From an uncultured Bacilli bacterium (GTDB lineage: Bacteria; Bacillota_I; Bacilli_A; RF39; UBA660), in the NCBI GenBank assembly GCA_947631475.1, contig CANRLI010000003.1, positions 1-42,635 of the forward strand: a DNA stretch of 42,635 bases. Direction: 5' to 3'. The translations under genes and the position numbers were made by a program. Position 1 is the first letter of the stretch. Each line of letters begins with the position of its first letter. The notes beneath the pieces were generated by a model that saw only the letters and a list, made by a program, of their open reading frames with translations, did not search any database and had not been told where the DNA came from. Below, one piece after another: positions 31,301 to 39,576 of the stretch.

Positions 31301-34300
31301 ATGAAGATATTAAACTATCTTTGGAAATTACAACGGGTGTAGATGCTTTATATCCTGAATATATTGTTATTGATAATAATGAGTATAAATTAGAGAAGGA
31401 TGTAAATACTGAAAACACTTATTATATAACTATAAAAGGATATAACAATGCTGGTATAAATAAGATAGTGATTAATAGTATTACATTAAATAGTGGTAAT
31501 GTTGTTAATTTAAGTAATGAAAGTATTTCAATTGAGGTTCTAAAAGACGTAGTTAAAGTTGAAAGCTTTACCCATAAAGTTGACGAAACCAATGCTGATA
31601 GAGTTGATTTAGATATTAATGTTAGTGATGAAGATGGTTCATTAGTTTCATTAGACTTAGTTGTTAAAGATGAATTTGGTGCTATTGTTAAAACAGATAA
31701 AACTAAATTAACAAATGGTAATAATAAAGTTTCATTTACGATGACTAATGCTGGTAAATATTTTGTAGCAATTAATGCTTCATATGATAGAGATAAAAAT
31801 CTAAATGATGAAGATAATCACTATAATGATCAAAGAATTCATTATGAAATCGTTACTATAACAAGTCGCTATATAGAAATGAAAGATGTTGTAGATGTTC
31901 AGTTATATAATTATGGTAGCGATGGTAGCGTTGAACGAGTTCATAGTTTAAGTGTTGATGATTTGGATGTTATTACTAATAGTTTAGTAAAAGTTACAAT
32001 GAAAGATTTACCTACTTTCTATAGTGAAATAGCAAGTTATCGTGTTCTTGATGGTAAGTTAGTATTAGTTTTAGCTTACGATGATGCGATGATTTACTCT
32101 GATGGCAAACTAATTCCATTAGAAGTAACTTTAGATATATTAAATGATACGGATTATGAATATAGTGGTTCATTTAAGTCATTGTTAGAAGATATGAAAA
32201 ATAATCCAACCAAGAAATTTACATTAACTAAAGATTATGATTTAGATGATTTTGTAACAGATACTGATACTATTGTTGATTTTGAATTTAAAGGTGAAAT
32301 AGATGGTAATGGTCATACTATTAGTAATTTACATAAACCATTATTTAAGACTTTAAGAGATGCAACAATTAAAAATCTAGTTATCAAAGGTGTAGAATTT
32401 AATGATGCCGAAGGTAAAGCAGCAGTTACAATAAATGCATATAATACAACTATTTCTAATATTCATATAGATAATATTACAATTAATGCACCTGGTAAGA
32501 GTCATAATGCTGCTATCGCAGTTAATATATATCAAAAATCAGTAATAGATGGATGTAGTGTTAAAAATTTTGTAATTAATACTACTTATCTAGGTCAACG
32601 TAATTCTAGTATTGTATCTAATATGAGTGATTCAAAAGTTACTAATTGTTATGCCGAAGGTAAAATTACTTCTGGATGGCATTATAATGGTGCGTTAGTA
32701 TCTTATTCAACTAACAATTCTGAAATATCAAATAACATTCTTAATGTTTCTTCTACACCATACTTTAGTGATTCTGAGCAAGGTGGAAATGGCGCATTAT
32801 TAGGACAAGGTCAAGCATTATTAAAAAATAACTTAAGTTTAATGAGTACAAATAATAATGTTTATGCAATTTATAATGCTAAGGGAGCTACTTTAGCAAA
32901 TGGTTCTATGAATAACTATCAATTAGAAGATACTAAGTCTAAGAAAAATAGTGGAGACGCCATAAAAGATATTAAGAAAGAGAACATTAATGAATCATTC
33001 TTTAAAGACTTAGGATTTGATACAAGTTTATGGAATTTAAGCAATGTTTCGTATAGTAACTTGCCGACATTAAAAGGTGCTACAGCATCATTTAGTGATG
33101 ATGGTTATAAACCAAATAATTCTAATGTATATATTCCTGACTTTAATAGATTATCGCATTTAGAAGCTTATAAAGCTGATAAAGAAATAACTTATCATAA
33201 TATGTATAAGTTAATGCCATTCTATGATGCTAAAGACTTAGTTACTGATGGTAATAAGATTAAAGCAGATAGTAACTTAAGTAAAAAGATTATTAAATAT
33301 GTTTTACCTTACGATAAGAATGAACAAATGATATCTGTATTAACAACTGATAATTATAAAGATATTTCTAAAATAAGTGTTGTTTATGAAGATGGCACTG
33401 AAGAAGAATATAATGTAGATTATGATGATTATTATGGAAATGTTGTTTCATATATCATTAGTGATTTAAATATTGGGTATAATTATAATAAATTTGTTAT
33501 AGATAAAAAAGCGAGTATCATTGAAAAATTAGTTGATGAGGCAGCTTCTTATGAATATACAGAAGACTTAGATCCAATAACTGGAGAAAAGGACAGTAGA
33601 TTATATAAAGAATACTTTGATAATGTTACTAAGAATAATATAAGAGACTTTATTGAAAAATCTATAGTAAATGCTGGATACATGCCAACATTTAATAGTG
33701 ATGTCTTAGACAATTTAATGATGCAAGAATTCTTAGATAATAATAAATTAAAACAAATGTTATATGCTTATAATTATTATAAATATTGGTATAGCTTAAA
33801 TATGGATGGTATTGATGTTGCCGATTCAATGATGTTCCATGGTGATGAAATGTTTAGTAGTCGTATGACAATGGCTAACTTGACTAATGAAGTTATTAAA
33901 GGCAATAATGCTGCTACTAATGCTACAGGAAGTTTCTTTAATGGTACGTTAACTAAGTATGTTGAAATGAAAGACTTAGGTGCCTTCTTAAATTACTATG
34001 CGGTTAATTTAACTGATTATCATGATGGTGAAGAGTGGTTTAAAGCTAACTGGAATGGTGGTTATTATACACATATTGAAGCTAGAGATAATGGTGAATT
34101 AATTTCATCTTATTGGGAACATTTACTAGCTAGTACGGCTGTACAAAATACTTTCTTAGCAACATTTACTGTTCCGGCTGATTCAATGTACATTATTGCA
34201 ATGCCTACACAAGTAATGTATGGTTCATTAAGGACATATGCTCAAAATCCTTCTGACAAAGAATCTGAAGGAATGAAGAACTTCTATAAAGGCGTAGAAG

Positions 34301-35991
34301 ATATGAGAAGACAAGCAGGTAATTTCTATACCTTTGCTTATCTATATGTTAAACCAGAAAATATGAATCCATATCATGATATTAACTATGATGTGAGATA
34401 TACTATTAATGATAAAGGGGTACAAGTTTTCAATAATCCATTAACAACTACAGATAATTATCACAAGTATTTTGCTGAAGCATTAAATAAATGGCCAGCA
34501 GCTAATGGTTCTGGAGCTTATGCAAATGGCTTTGAAACATACTGGGTAGTTATTAAACTAATTGGTTCATTTAATGTAGCAACACATGAAACATTACATA
34601 ATCAAGATAGTAAAGTCTTCTTAATGGGTTATGGACGTCGTGGTAATGGAGAAGATTATACAGCCGGTAACTTACAACAATACTTCAATGAAGGATGGAT
34701 AAGTCCTAATGTAATGGAAGACTTTGATAGTACTAAAGATATTACTCAAAACTTCAGTTATAAACGTATTGATACAGATGCTAAATTAAAAGATTATTAT
34801 CAGAAGATGTTTGAAGCTAATGACTTCCTTGATTATATTGAAGCAAAAGCATTTTTAAGACTAACTCCTGATCAACAAGCAGCAGTGGCTGTTCAAGCAT
34901 ATTATCCTAACTTAGAAGGAAAATCCAAAGAAGAGCAAGAAGCTGGTGATTCAGTAGTTGGTTATAGATTCTTAAGTGCTGAGCAAATTAAAAATATGCA
35001 TTTAACAAAGATTGATGATTTATATGATAATCATATTATGTTAAGACCTGGCTTAAGAGAACCAGCAGTGTATTCTCCAGGTGCTGCAACAGATTCATTA
35101 TATAATATTCATTGGTATCAACCACATGCTGATAATGATCGTCCTGACGGACCAAACTTTAAATGGTTGGCTTGGGAAATGGCTGGTATAGGCGGTTATT
35201 ATGATGGTTACATGGCATATTTTAGTCAATCTTATATAGGAGCCAAAACAAATAATCCAGGTTTAAAAACAACAGACTTAATCGCATTACGTTATATAAC
35301 TCAAAATAAGGATATGACATTCAGAAAATATAAACTTGGAAAATATGAAGAAATGGCTAAACATATTGATGATCCTTCTGATTATTTAGATGCCCAAGCT
35401 ATAGAAGAAGCTTATTATAATGCTTTAGTTAAAGATTCTAGTGATTCAAAGAGAAGTTTAGGTAATAGTAAAGCTGTTAAAAAACAATATTATATGAGTG
35501 TAAAAAGAGAAACAAATGACTTTAGAGAAAGTATTTTTTCCCAAAAAACAACAACGACAATAAATTCTGAAGAAATGATTATGTCGTTAGCTCAAGAGGA
35601 AATTAATTCTGAAGCAAAAAGCAACGATGGAGATAATTTTGTAGTATTAGAAAAGAAAACTCCTGATGTTTTAGAAGGTGATACGCCTCCTCATGATAAG
35701 AGTGAAATTAATGATAATATTATTGTTGATAAGCAGGAAGATAATAACAGCGAAGAAGTGAAGAAAGATTATACTTCTGTAAATAGTGATGATATTAAGA
35801 AAGATGATACGGTTTTAGAAGATAACCTAAATGAAGTATCAAAAAATGGAGAAGTAACTCAGGAAGAAAATGCTGATTCTGGAGTTAGTGATGAAGTTAC
35901 TTTAGAAGATTTGCCTAAATTAAAAGACGCAAGTAGCGATGAGGTAACTTCAGAAGATTTACCTAAACTAAAAGAACAATCAAAAAAATAA
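22387..35991 (+). CDS. Giant (~4,534 aa) surface ZmpA/B/C (IgA1 protease, M26)-family zinc metalloprotease
   Basis: Signal peptide, cohesin-like domain, 2 TM, 14 repeat units, then IEMKD..LY, SFKSLL.DM, KPLF, YHNMYKLMPFY, GAYANG, THETLH (34585-34599), GYGRR..GE; SD GGGAGG. Confidence 0.9.
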   Translation: MKSSKIILNFIVILLSFWMVNVNAESLVNKSSYSVKKGEEITVFVDLDPNNNNKYNYSALLSYDNNVLEILNEDSFINDNGGANSLSEVSYEKDSHKYVLVTTEDSLTKDVIEIKFKAKDDIKIDKTEISFTNIISKANDQEKKLEDIKFDVMITDASKGNMTLVIVVGVLALLSCLALVVYNIKCAHSKKVVTNRKKVNTILGVLLVVFVLGDVITLIIKNNYKEEIVNYDLDIINGVSKDDVQNDDNSDDKTSNDSNVDKNKPETNEDITTGGNVNEEVVDPQLPSNKLTAKIVSVLASTYYPHKGETIELLIDVADVSELVQSVIINGKEYLVAQHDDGKYAIQYQVKDSSGIEKLTISELCLANSKAKIFYETSLDVLKEKPVINDFKYSDSELIPFLSFNVVGNDSFVKGNLILTDQEGKTVLTKDVSLGDNKIEFAELKNGNYNVQIDVTYDLDSDELNYFTDEQNEGKDVLIDEKLDIIVDYDLVFKDAKLVIVDSDGKNVTLEFVSTNVSKYNVSKVIINDVVYPVIQDNDKFTVVVPLDGTDKKNLHMSGVVLENNKTITDGVDATFVIFKEKPSVKDVNIQVNEEDGKVNVTYDIVDNDKVTSKQYAILKDQNGNILDRQELSALATEVTFNNVNKAGKYNVEIMADYDAVDGQTHSNELIGSKEFEIALKLEVLGVEVEPYPLKKTDIVVKYIVQTNAQEAITSFTVNGQEYASSLPEGNKYMITIPGYDEAGLKDINLTSVKVGTTSVETAVSVQVDVLKDVPTIDSPIFDDEKEVPTLSFNLNDADEAFVSGKITITNSLGVEVNTITINKNSSIYEIPNLKENEIYNYVIQVTYDLDTDKLSVTDDQNEYTNNLINGIIEVVHDYNFEFDDLHIVNVNKNEQKVTLQFTSTNGTVFGIDRVTINGTDYPVVKDGNIYTVEVTLDNTDETTLNLSNVVLKNGHSFEITENNTVTVFKKAPTVSDLIINNDQANSLAATFKLFDESKTVTKLVVQLRDSLGNVIETKELDLSARDVLFTDLEVGEYQIVIIADYDLVDGNVYTAQVLANDKLHVKIILDTLSSNINNKYNNHRNALNSNKDEAKKAILTYVIKANTKEDVKALVINGQEYNVVKLEDNKYQVTYIVQENAGKETIKVEKIIYESEEYTINQTSDNIKPTVEVEVLKRRPYTSNYMSISNFKEHTMTFKFDLNDPDGALVKDENGNLINAYATFAGFKDKDGKNPEIKLGANEVTFVNVAEYTARRFQPTATFDLDTIVGEDNYYEHENITSIIAMLIPATQINVHDIKTYNDNQETKYFSKGEEVKVTFEASSIFEDDNGTKSYYYPSKVVVNGNEYEVTKNGNFYTFVLPGYTEAGQQEIVINDVILNNSEEVVLTENNNVTISILKDEVSITDFVYREDDDDAESTDVTVSFNVSDVDGALTDSKIIITDLNGNEITPSTTTIKDGVNTVIFRGVSKNTYIFKIMASYNRGSLDDKENVVTEAELLKQEIKVLRKSDYKITVKDLSLMGFDKENKLATLRFVLTNESDYMLTSVMINGQKYNVRPEQIDLDSQNKEAAYLVDIEISDDSRYEVVLEKVTLENAKDFTVNESLVLFKNKPVIDNLVLTYNEGGQLKGTFNVIDDDETLSSLSAVLKETLTGNVLEKKNLAITDREVAFSVANAKEYTIEIVASYDLLDGESHQDEVLVFDSLVVEPSVEITLNNVSKKYPNKGETIDLTYNIKSNTNEQVTSVVIDNIVYNVEYVTMGVYKLSYTVPNEAGIVSLNLTKVNFVNEVADLADKPFTTKVDVLKTIPSINSFTSLDRIESQQVQFSFNVNDPDNALVSGNICINDTCNNVGPGRNTPIFNVQPNVSLMVVINIDYDLDTDLLNEDGEDENNSTVSFSQEYKLLEDYEVNVLNLTTFNKNAQATKYFAKNEEIQLRFNSTNAAALNIKSVVIDDLLDEADGQLYDVVRVLKKDGTLDYYYVNINGMSEAGLQKLSITSVTLESGKTIGSDKFKGEVVPATIDILKEIPIFETPQVSNDGYDVTIKFNVTDVDNALVDSYIIINDKDKKEVIKQKVVVGTNIVNVTLDPDNNYLYLIEKNYNLDSLDNDNENEQDTYFLKDEPINVTKKEEPNFIARHLTVPKRVKDGSKVLLTFENEVLSYYDVDTIRIDGIDYKVTKNDNIYSLELEHGEKGYNTIHVESVTMAGKVFKINRSLTYIYENVVPTVTFASDINEELEYNIGTIQYQIADPDNAIRKLTAYMKNSAGAVVATQDIELNESSLSMLLLRIFRYSIELKAEYDIGDGKTLETTSLFIKEKVAEPRVTILEEKVEEELLNKGDIATLTYKINTNIDYELKKIFIDENSYNVTKVDSETDDNIYQIKVLLGDKAGAIPYKVTKMQFGNAYYDVNDINPVIVQVKKDVPTLTHFIIDEKEGTLSFQLNDPDGALVGNSKFTIYQEDKALIAKELTNGGDTYTYKISDLKLKLNTNYNIKVDASYNLVDTKVRSIRTIDLVESVQIFERDFKLTGQVDYDFQYINRNSEWGFLMSMSEPLPFDFESTNAYGYKVDRVIVDGVEYSAHPAPTQNHPNNYEVYYQPKSLANETITVEKVILENGAAFDVNDTFKLFIVLKPATFEITDFREDINTQTLTFFYKLNDPDKTLASNLRFYLKDSSNRLIEMKEAKVDEDRIEFNIPNPPTSKYNVVVRADVYLAPGMILYEKDGPALLTNSFDSVVNTSILSSKLSTRYPKQGDLITIDYDISSSKVVLIDPEDHENQENAIIISSVIINDQSYDVERLDNGLYRVYYTVQDEAGLENIKITQINFSNNTVEYFTREDTVDVLKKTPSVINFKSENLVAANKVKFTFEVLDPDNVIVPNSLFAVVNGQKQTIDIGKNVVEFEVNPNELLQFSVEANYDLDSNVLNNETGDQNLYSSYTIYQKPFILLTDYNVSFNNKQTFNTNGDNTKYFEKNEDIKLSLEITTGVDALYPEYIVIDNNEYKLEKDVNTENTYYITIKGYNNAGINKIVINSITLNSGNVVNLSNESISIEVLKDVVKVESFTHKVDETNADRVDLDINVSDEDGSLVSLDLVVKDEFGAIVKTDKTKLTNGNNKVSFTMTNAGKYFVAINASYDRDKNLNDEDNHYNDQRIHYEIVTITSRYIEMKDVVDVQLYNYGSDGSVERVHSLSVDDLDVITNSLVKVTMKDLPTFYSEIASYRVLDGKLVLVLAYDDAMIYSDGKLIPLEVTLDILNDTDYEYSGSFKSLLEDMKNNPTKKFTLTKDYDLDDFVTDTDTIVDFEFKGEIDGNGHTISNLHKPLFKTLRDATIKNLVIKGVEFNDAEGKAAVTINAYNTTISNIHIDNITINAPGKSHNAAIAVNIYQKSVIDGCSVKNFVINTTYLGQRNSSIVSNMSDSKVTNCYAEGKITSGWHYNGALVSYSTNNSEISNNILNVSSTPYFSDSEQGGNGALLGQGQALLKNNLSLMSTNNNVYAIYNAKGATLANGSMNNYQLEDTKSKKNSGDAIKDIKKENINESFFKDLGFDTSLWNLSNVSYSNLPTLKGATASFSDDGYKPNNSNVYIPDFNRLSHLEAYKADKEITYHNMYKLMPFYDAKDLVTDGNKIKADSNLSKKIIKYVLPYDKNEQMISVLTTDNYKDISKISVVYEDGTEEEYNVDYDDYYGNVVSYIISDLNIGYNYNKFVIDKKASIIEKLVDEAASYEYTEDLDPITGEKDSRLYKEYFDNVTKNNIRDFIEKSIVNAGYMPTFNSDVLDNLMMQEFLDNNKLKQMLYAYNYYKYWYSLNMDGIDVADSMMFHGDEMFSSRMTMANLTNEVIKGNNAATNATGSFFNGTLTKYVEMKDLGAFLNYYAVNLTDYHDGEEWFKANWNGGYYTHIEARDNGELISSYWEHLLASTAVQNTFLATFTVPADSMYIIAMPTQVMYGSLRTYAQNPSDKESEGMKNFYKGVEDMRRQAGNFYTFAYLYVKPENMNPYHDINYDVRYTINDKGVQVFNNPLTTTDNYHKYFAEALNKWPAANGSGAYANGFETYWVVIKLIGSFNVATHETLHNQDSKVFLMGYGRRGNGEDYTAGNLQQYFNEGWISPNVMEDFDSTKDITQNFSYKRIDTDAKLKDYYQKMFEANDFLDYIEAKAFLRLTPDQQAAVAVQAYYPNLEGKSKEEQEAGDSVVGYRFLSAEQIKNMHLTKIDDLYDNHIMLRPGLREPAVYSPGAATDSLYNIHWYQPHADNDRPDGPNFKWLAWEMAGIGGYYDGYMAYFSQSYIGAKTNNPGLKTTDLIALRYITQNKDMTFRKYKLGKYEEMAKHIDDPSDYLDAQAIEEAYYNALVKDSSDSKRSLGNSKAVKKQYYMSVKRETNDFRESIFSQKTTTTINSEEMIMSLAQEEINSEAKSNDGDNFVVLEKKTPDVLEGDTPPHDKSEINDNIIVDKQEDNNSEEVKKDYTSVNSDDIKKDDTVLEDNLNEVSKNGEVTQEENADSGVSDEVTLEDLPKLKDASSDEVTSEDLPKLKEQSKK
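23260..31870 (+). repeat. 14 degenerate ~205-aa two-domain beta-rich repeats
   Basis: Recurring INGxxY, xG..., [DE][VI]LKxxP, DPDxAL, GxNxVxF and YDLD motifs at regular spacing; boundaries approximate. Confidence 0.8.
35887..35982 (+). repeat. 48-nt tandem duplication encoding SDEVT[LS]EDLPKLK twice
   Basis: Direct reading of DNA and protein. Confidence 0.9.
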
Positions 35992-36013
35992 TACCTTGGG
36001 GTATTATTTTTTT
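35982..36013 (+). terminator. Intrinsic terminator of giant gene
   Basis: AAAAAAATAATACC-ttgg-GGTATTATTTTTTT. Confidence 0.8.
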
Positions 36014-36049
36014 GGTTAAAAGTGTATACTAAGAAAAGTGGTGATGATA

Positions 36050-36547
36050 ATGAAAGTTGTCCATACTTTAAAACCAATATATAATCACGAATCTAAAGTC
36101 TTAATATTAGGAACGATGCCTTCTGTTAAATCTAGAGAAGTAATGTTTTACTATGGACATCCTAAAAATAGATTTTGGGATGTTTTAAGTGCAGTTTATG
36201 AAGAAGAAAAACCATTAAGTAATGAGGATAAAACTAATTTTTTATTAAGACATAAAATTGCTTTATATGATGTTTTAAAAAGTTGTGATATAATTGCTTC
36301 TTATGATAGCTCAATTAAAAATCCTGTGCCTAATGATTTTACTAAAATATTAAAAGTTTCTAATATAAAAGTTATTTTTACTACTGGTCGTAAAGCTACT
36401 GAATTATATAAAAAATATTGTTATGCTCAAACCAAAATAGAAGCTATAATGTTACCGAGTACTTCTTCAGCTAATTGTAAGCTATCTATGAAGGATTTAT
36501 ATGATAATTATTATCAAATTAGAGATATTACAGATAATGAAAATTAA
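36050..36547 (+). CDS. DNA-deoxyinosine (hypoxanthine) glycosylase, UDG superfamily
   Basis: LILGTMPSVKS, FYYGHPKNRFW, LPSTSSAN. Confidence 0.88.
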   Translation: MKVVHTLKPIYNHESKVLILGTMPSVKSREVMFYYGHPKNRFWDVLSAVYEEEKPLSNEDKTNFLLRHKIALYDVLKSCDIIASYDSSIKNPVPNDFTKILKVSNIKVIFTTGRKATELYKKYCYAQTKIEAIMLPSTSSANCKLSMKDLYDNYYQIRDITDNEN

Positions 36548-36554
36548 TAGTTAG

Positions 36555-38510
36555 TTATTCGCTTTTTAATTCAAAAAGAATATCGCGTAGTTCCATAGCT
36601 CTTTCGAAATCTAAATTTTTAGCTGCTTCCTTCATTTCTTCTTCAATTTTAAATAATAATTTTTCTTTATCTTTTTTACTTATCTTAGTTGTCTCTTTAT
36701 TTTCTTTATTTTCAGGAATTATGTTACTTACTACTTCCCTTATTTCTTTAATTATAGTTTTTGGTTTTATACCATGTTCTTTATTATAATTATCTTGGAT
36801 TTGACGACGACGATTTGTTTCTGTAATTGCTAATTCCATTGCTTCACTTATAATGTCAGCGTACATAATTACATGACCATTTTCGTTACGAGCACAACGA
36901 CCAATGGTTTGTATTAAACTGCGGCTACTTCTTAGGAAGCCTTGTTTATCAGCATCCATAATACATATTAAGCTTACTTCAGGAATGTCTATGCCTTCTC
37001 TTAATAAATTAATACCAACAACAACGTCATATTTACCAATTCTTAGTTCTTGAATGATTTTTAAACGCTCTAAAGTTTTTATTTCATTATGTAAGTAAGC
37101 TACTTTAATTCCAACTTCTTTTAAATAATTTGTTAATTCCTCGGCCATACGAATTGTTAACGTAGTGATTAAAACTCGTTCATTTTTGGCTTTACGAATA
37201 TTTATTTGTTCAATAATATCATCGATTTGCCCATCTGTTTGTTTAACTTCGATTGTTGGATCTAGTAGTCCAGTTGGTCTAATAATTTGTTCAACATACT
37301 GTTGATTAGTTTTTTCTAATTCGTATTCGCCTGGAGTTGCTGATATATATATTGCTTGATTAATTTTGCTTTCAAATTCTTCAAATTTTAATGGTCGATT
37401 ATCTAAAGCACTAGGTAGTCTAAAGCCATAATCAACTAAAGTTTGTTTACGCATTCTATCACCATTATACATCCCTCTTACTTGTGGCAAGGTAACATGT
37501 GATTCATCAACAATTAACAAAAAATCTTTAGGAAAAAAATCAATTAAACATGATGGTGTTTCACCTTCGGCTCTTAAAGCTAAATGTCGTGAATAATTTT
37601 CAACACCACTACAAAAACCTGTTTCTTTAAGCATTTCTAAATCATAATTAGTTCTTTCTCGTAATCTTTGTTCTTCTATTAGTTTATTATTTTGATGTAA
37701 TACGTTTAATCTTTCATCTAATTCTACTTTTATGCGACGAATAGCTTCTTGTAATTTGTCTGGACCTGTAACGAAATGTGAGGCTGGGAAAATGCTAATA
37801 GTTTTTTTATTGGATATGAAAACGCCTGTTAGAGGGTCGAACGTAGTTATACGGTCAACTTCATCACCAAATAACTCTATTTTAATACCATAAGCTTTTT
37901 CATTTACTGGAATGATATCAATACTATCCCCACGTACACGGAATGTTCCACGATGAAAGTCTAGGTCGCTTCTTTCATATGTCATATCGATTAATTTGTT
38001 AATAATGTCATTTCTTTTTATAGTATCGCCAACATTTAGAGTAAGCATCATTTTTTCATATTCTTCTTTTTCACCTATACCATAAATACATGATACAGAT
38101 GCAACAACAATAACGTCACGATTATTAATCAAGGCACTAGTTGCACCATGACGTAATTCATCTATTTCATCATTAATTGACGCATCTTTTTCTATATAAG
38201 TATCACTTTGAGGTACATATGCCTCTGGTTGATAATAATCATAATAAGATACAAAGTACTCAACATGATTCTCAGGAAACAACTCTTTAAACTCTGCATA
38301 TAATTGTCCAGCTAAGGTCTTATTATGAGCCAAAACAAGCGTCGGTTTATTAACTTTTGCAATTACATTTGCAATCGTAAAAGTTTTACCAGTACCTGTT
38401 GCACCCAGTAAAACCTGCTCTTTCTTGCCTTCGTTGATACCTTTAACTAACTCATCAATCGCCTTAGGTTGATCACCACTAGGTTTATATTTTGATACTA
38501 ATTTAAACAT
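36555..38510 (-). CDS. uvrB: Excinuclease ABC subunit UvrB
   Basis: [39 protein letters not shown]-terminal UVR domain. Confidence 0.98.
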   Translation of the reverse strand: MFKLVSKYKPSGDQPKAIDELVKGINEGKKEQVLLGATGTGKTFTIANVIAKVNKPTLVLAHNKTLAGQLYAEFKELFPENHVEYFVSYYDYYQPEAYVPQSDTYIEKDASINDEIDELRHGATSALINNRDVIVVASVSCIYGIGEKEEYEKMMLTLNVGDTIKRNDIINKLIDMTYERSDLDFHRGTFRVRGDSIDIIPVNEKAYGIKIELFGDEVDRITTFDPLTGVFISNKKTISIFPASHFVTGPDKLQEAIRRIKVELDERLNVLHQNNKLIEEQRLRERTNYDLEMLKETGFCSGVENYSRHLALRAEGETPSCLIDFFPKDFLLIVDESHVTLPQVRGMYNGDRMRKQTLVDYGFRLPSALDNRPLKFEEFESKINQAIYISATPGEYELEKTNQQYVEQIIRPTGLLDPTIEVKQTDGQIDDIIEQINIRKAKNERVLITTLTIRMAEELTNYLKEVGIKVAYLHNEIKTLERLKIIQELRIGKYDVVVGINLLREGIDIPEVSLICIMDADKQGFLRSSRSLIQTIGRCARNENGHVIMYADIISEAMELAITETNRRRQIQDNYNKEHGIKPKTIIKEIREVVSNIIPENKENKETTKISKKDKEKLLFKIEEEMKEAAKNLDFERAMELRDILFELKSE

Positions 38511-38620
38511 ATTATCTCTCCTTAAAAGTTATTTTTTAACTAAAAAGTTTAAAAGCCTGATAAGAAAACAATTGCGGCATCCATATTTATCAAATAACAC
38601 TATGTGTTAAACTAAAAGAT

Positions 38621-38649
38621 ATTCTAACACTGAATAACACACAAGACAA
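38621..38649 (-). promoter_or_regulatory. Probable sigma-A promoter of uvrB
   Basis: Minus strand TTGTCT-N17-TAGAAT with TGn extension. Confidence 0.55.
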
Positions 38650-38772
38650 TAATAAAAGGTATTACTATATTAGTCATATAAATATATAAGTTACTATTAC
38701 TATGAATGAAAAGTGCAAATTCTTTTAACATAAATACCAAACTTTTTTTAATACTAATAATAGGTGAAGTTT

Positions 38773-39576
38773 ATGAAAAAGTCGAAGAAATTATATAATT
38801 TATTTTTCTTTGGGTCAATCCTTTTATTTGCTATAAGTTTTTGGTATGTTTTTTCTTGGGGAAAAGATACGGCTAATATAATGAAACTTAGAAATGATAT
38901 TTGGAATGATACGGAGATAATTGAAAGGAACAGTAGTTATGACTTGGTTAATCCCCCATCAAATACAAATGATTTATCTTGGGCTTTTCAAGAGGCTTCC
39001 TTTTTAGAAGTGGACTTTACTGATTTGATTAAAAAGAATGATGAAACAGTAGCATATATAGAAGTTAATGGAACTAATATTTCGTATCCTGTAGTAAAAA
39101 CAATTGATAACGAGTTTTATTTAAACCATTCTTTTGATAAGAAGAAAAATAAAGCAGGTTGGATTTTTTTAGACTATCGTAACAATTTTGATGATTTAAG
39201 CAATAATACAATTATATATGGTCATAAAGTAAAAAATGAGACGATGTTTTCTGAATTAAATAATTTATTAAATGAAGAATGGTTTGATAATTTAGACAAT
39301 CATTTAATCAATATATCAACATTAAAAGAAAATACAATTTGGCAAATTTTTAGTGTTTATACTATTGATGAAGAAAGTTATTATTTAAAAACATTTTTTG
39401 AAAGTGATGAAGAATTTCAAACATACATAGATACAATTTTAGCGCGTAGTAATTTTAAATTTAATACAAATACTAATATTAATGATAAAATACTTACGTT
39501 ATCAACTTGTTATAATACAACTGGTAAAAGAATTGTTATTCATGCAAAATTAATTAAAAAAGGGCTACATTCTTAG
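38773..39576 (+). CDS. srtB: Class B sortase
   Basis: N-terminal TM, ISYPVV, DNEFYLNH, IFLDYRN, NTIIYGH, LTLSTC, KRIVIHAKL (His/Cys/Arg triad). Confidence 0.9.
   Translation: MKKSKKLYNLFFFGSILLFAISFWYVFSWGKDTANIMKLRNDIWNDTEIIERNSSYDLVNPPSNTNDLSWAFQEASFLEVDFTDLIKKNDETVAYIEVNGTNISYPVVKTIDNEFYLNHSFDKKKNKAGWIFLDYRNNFDDLSNNTIIYGHKVKNETMFSELNNLLNEEWFDNLDNHLINISTLKENTIWQIFSVYTIDEESYYLKTFFESDEEFQTYIDTILARSNFKFNTNTNINDKILTLSTCYNTTGKRIVIHAKLIKKGLHS

Noticed and set aside
23260-31870. CRISPR array or DNA-level tandem repeat
   Set aside because: Repeats are detectable only at the protein level inside one uninterrupted ORF; no cas genes
35887-35991. LPKLK as an LPxTG-type sortase signal on the giant protease
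   Set aside because: No Thr at position 4 and no hydrophobic segment follows
36050-38510. Glycosylase plus uvrB as a DNA repair operon
   Set aside because: The genes are convergent with separate promoters; adjacency alone is not evidence of co-function
38530-38615. Purine riboswitch in the uvrB leader (AATATGG and GTTTTCT-like words)
   Set aside because: No P2/P3 stems, no CTACC or CCGTAAA elements, and the downstream gene does not fit
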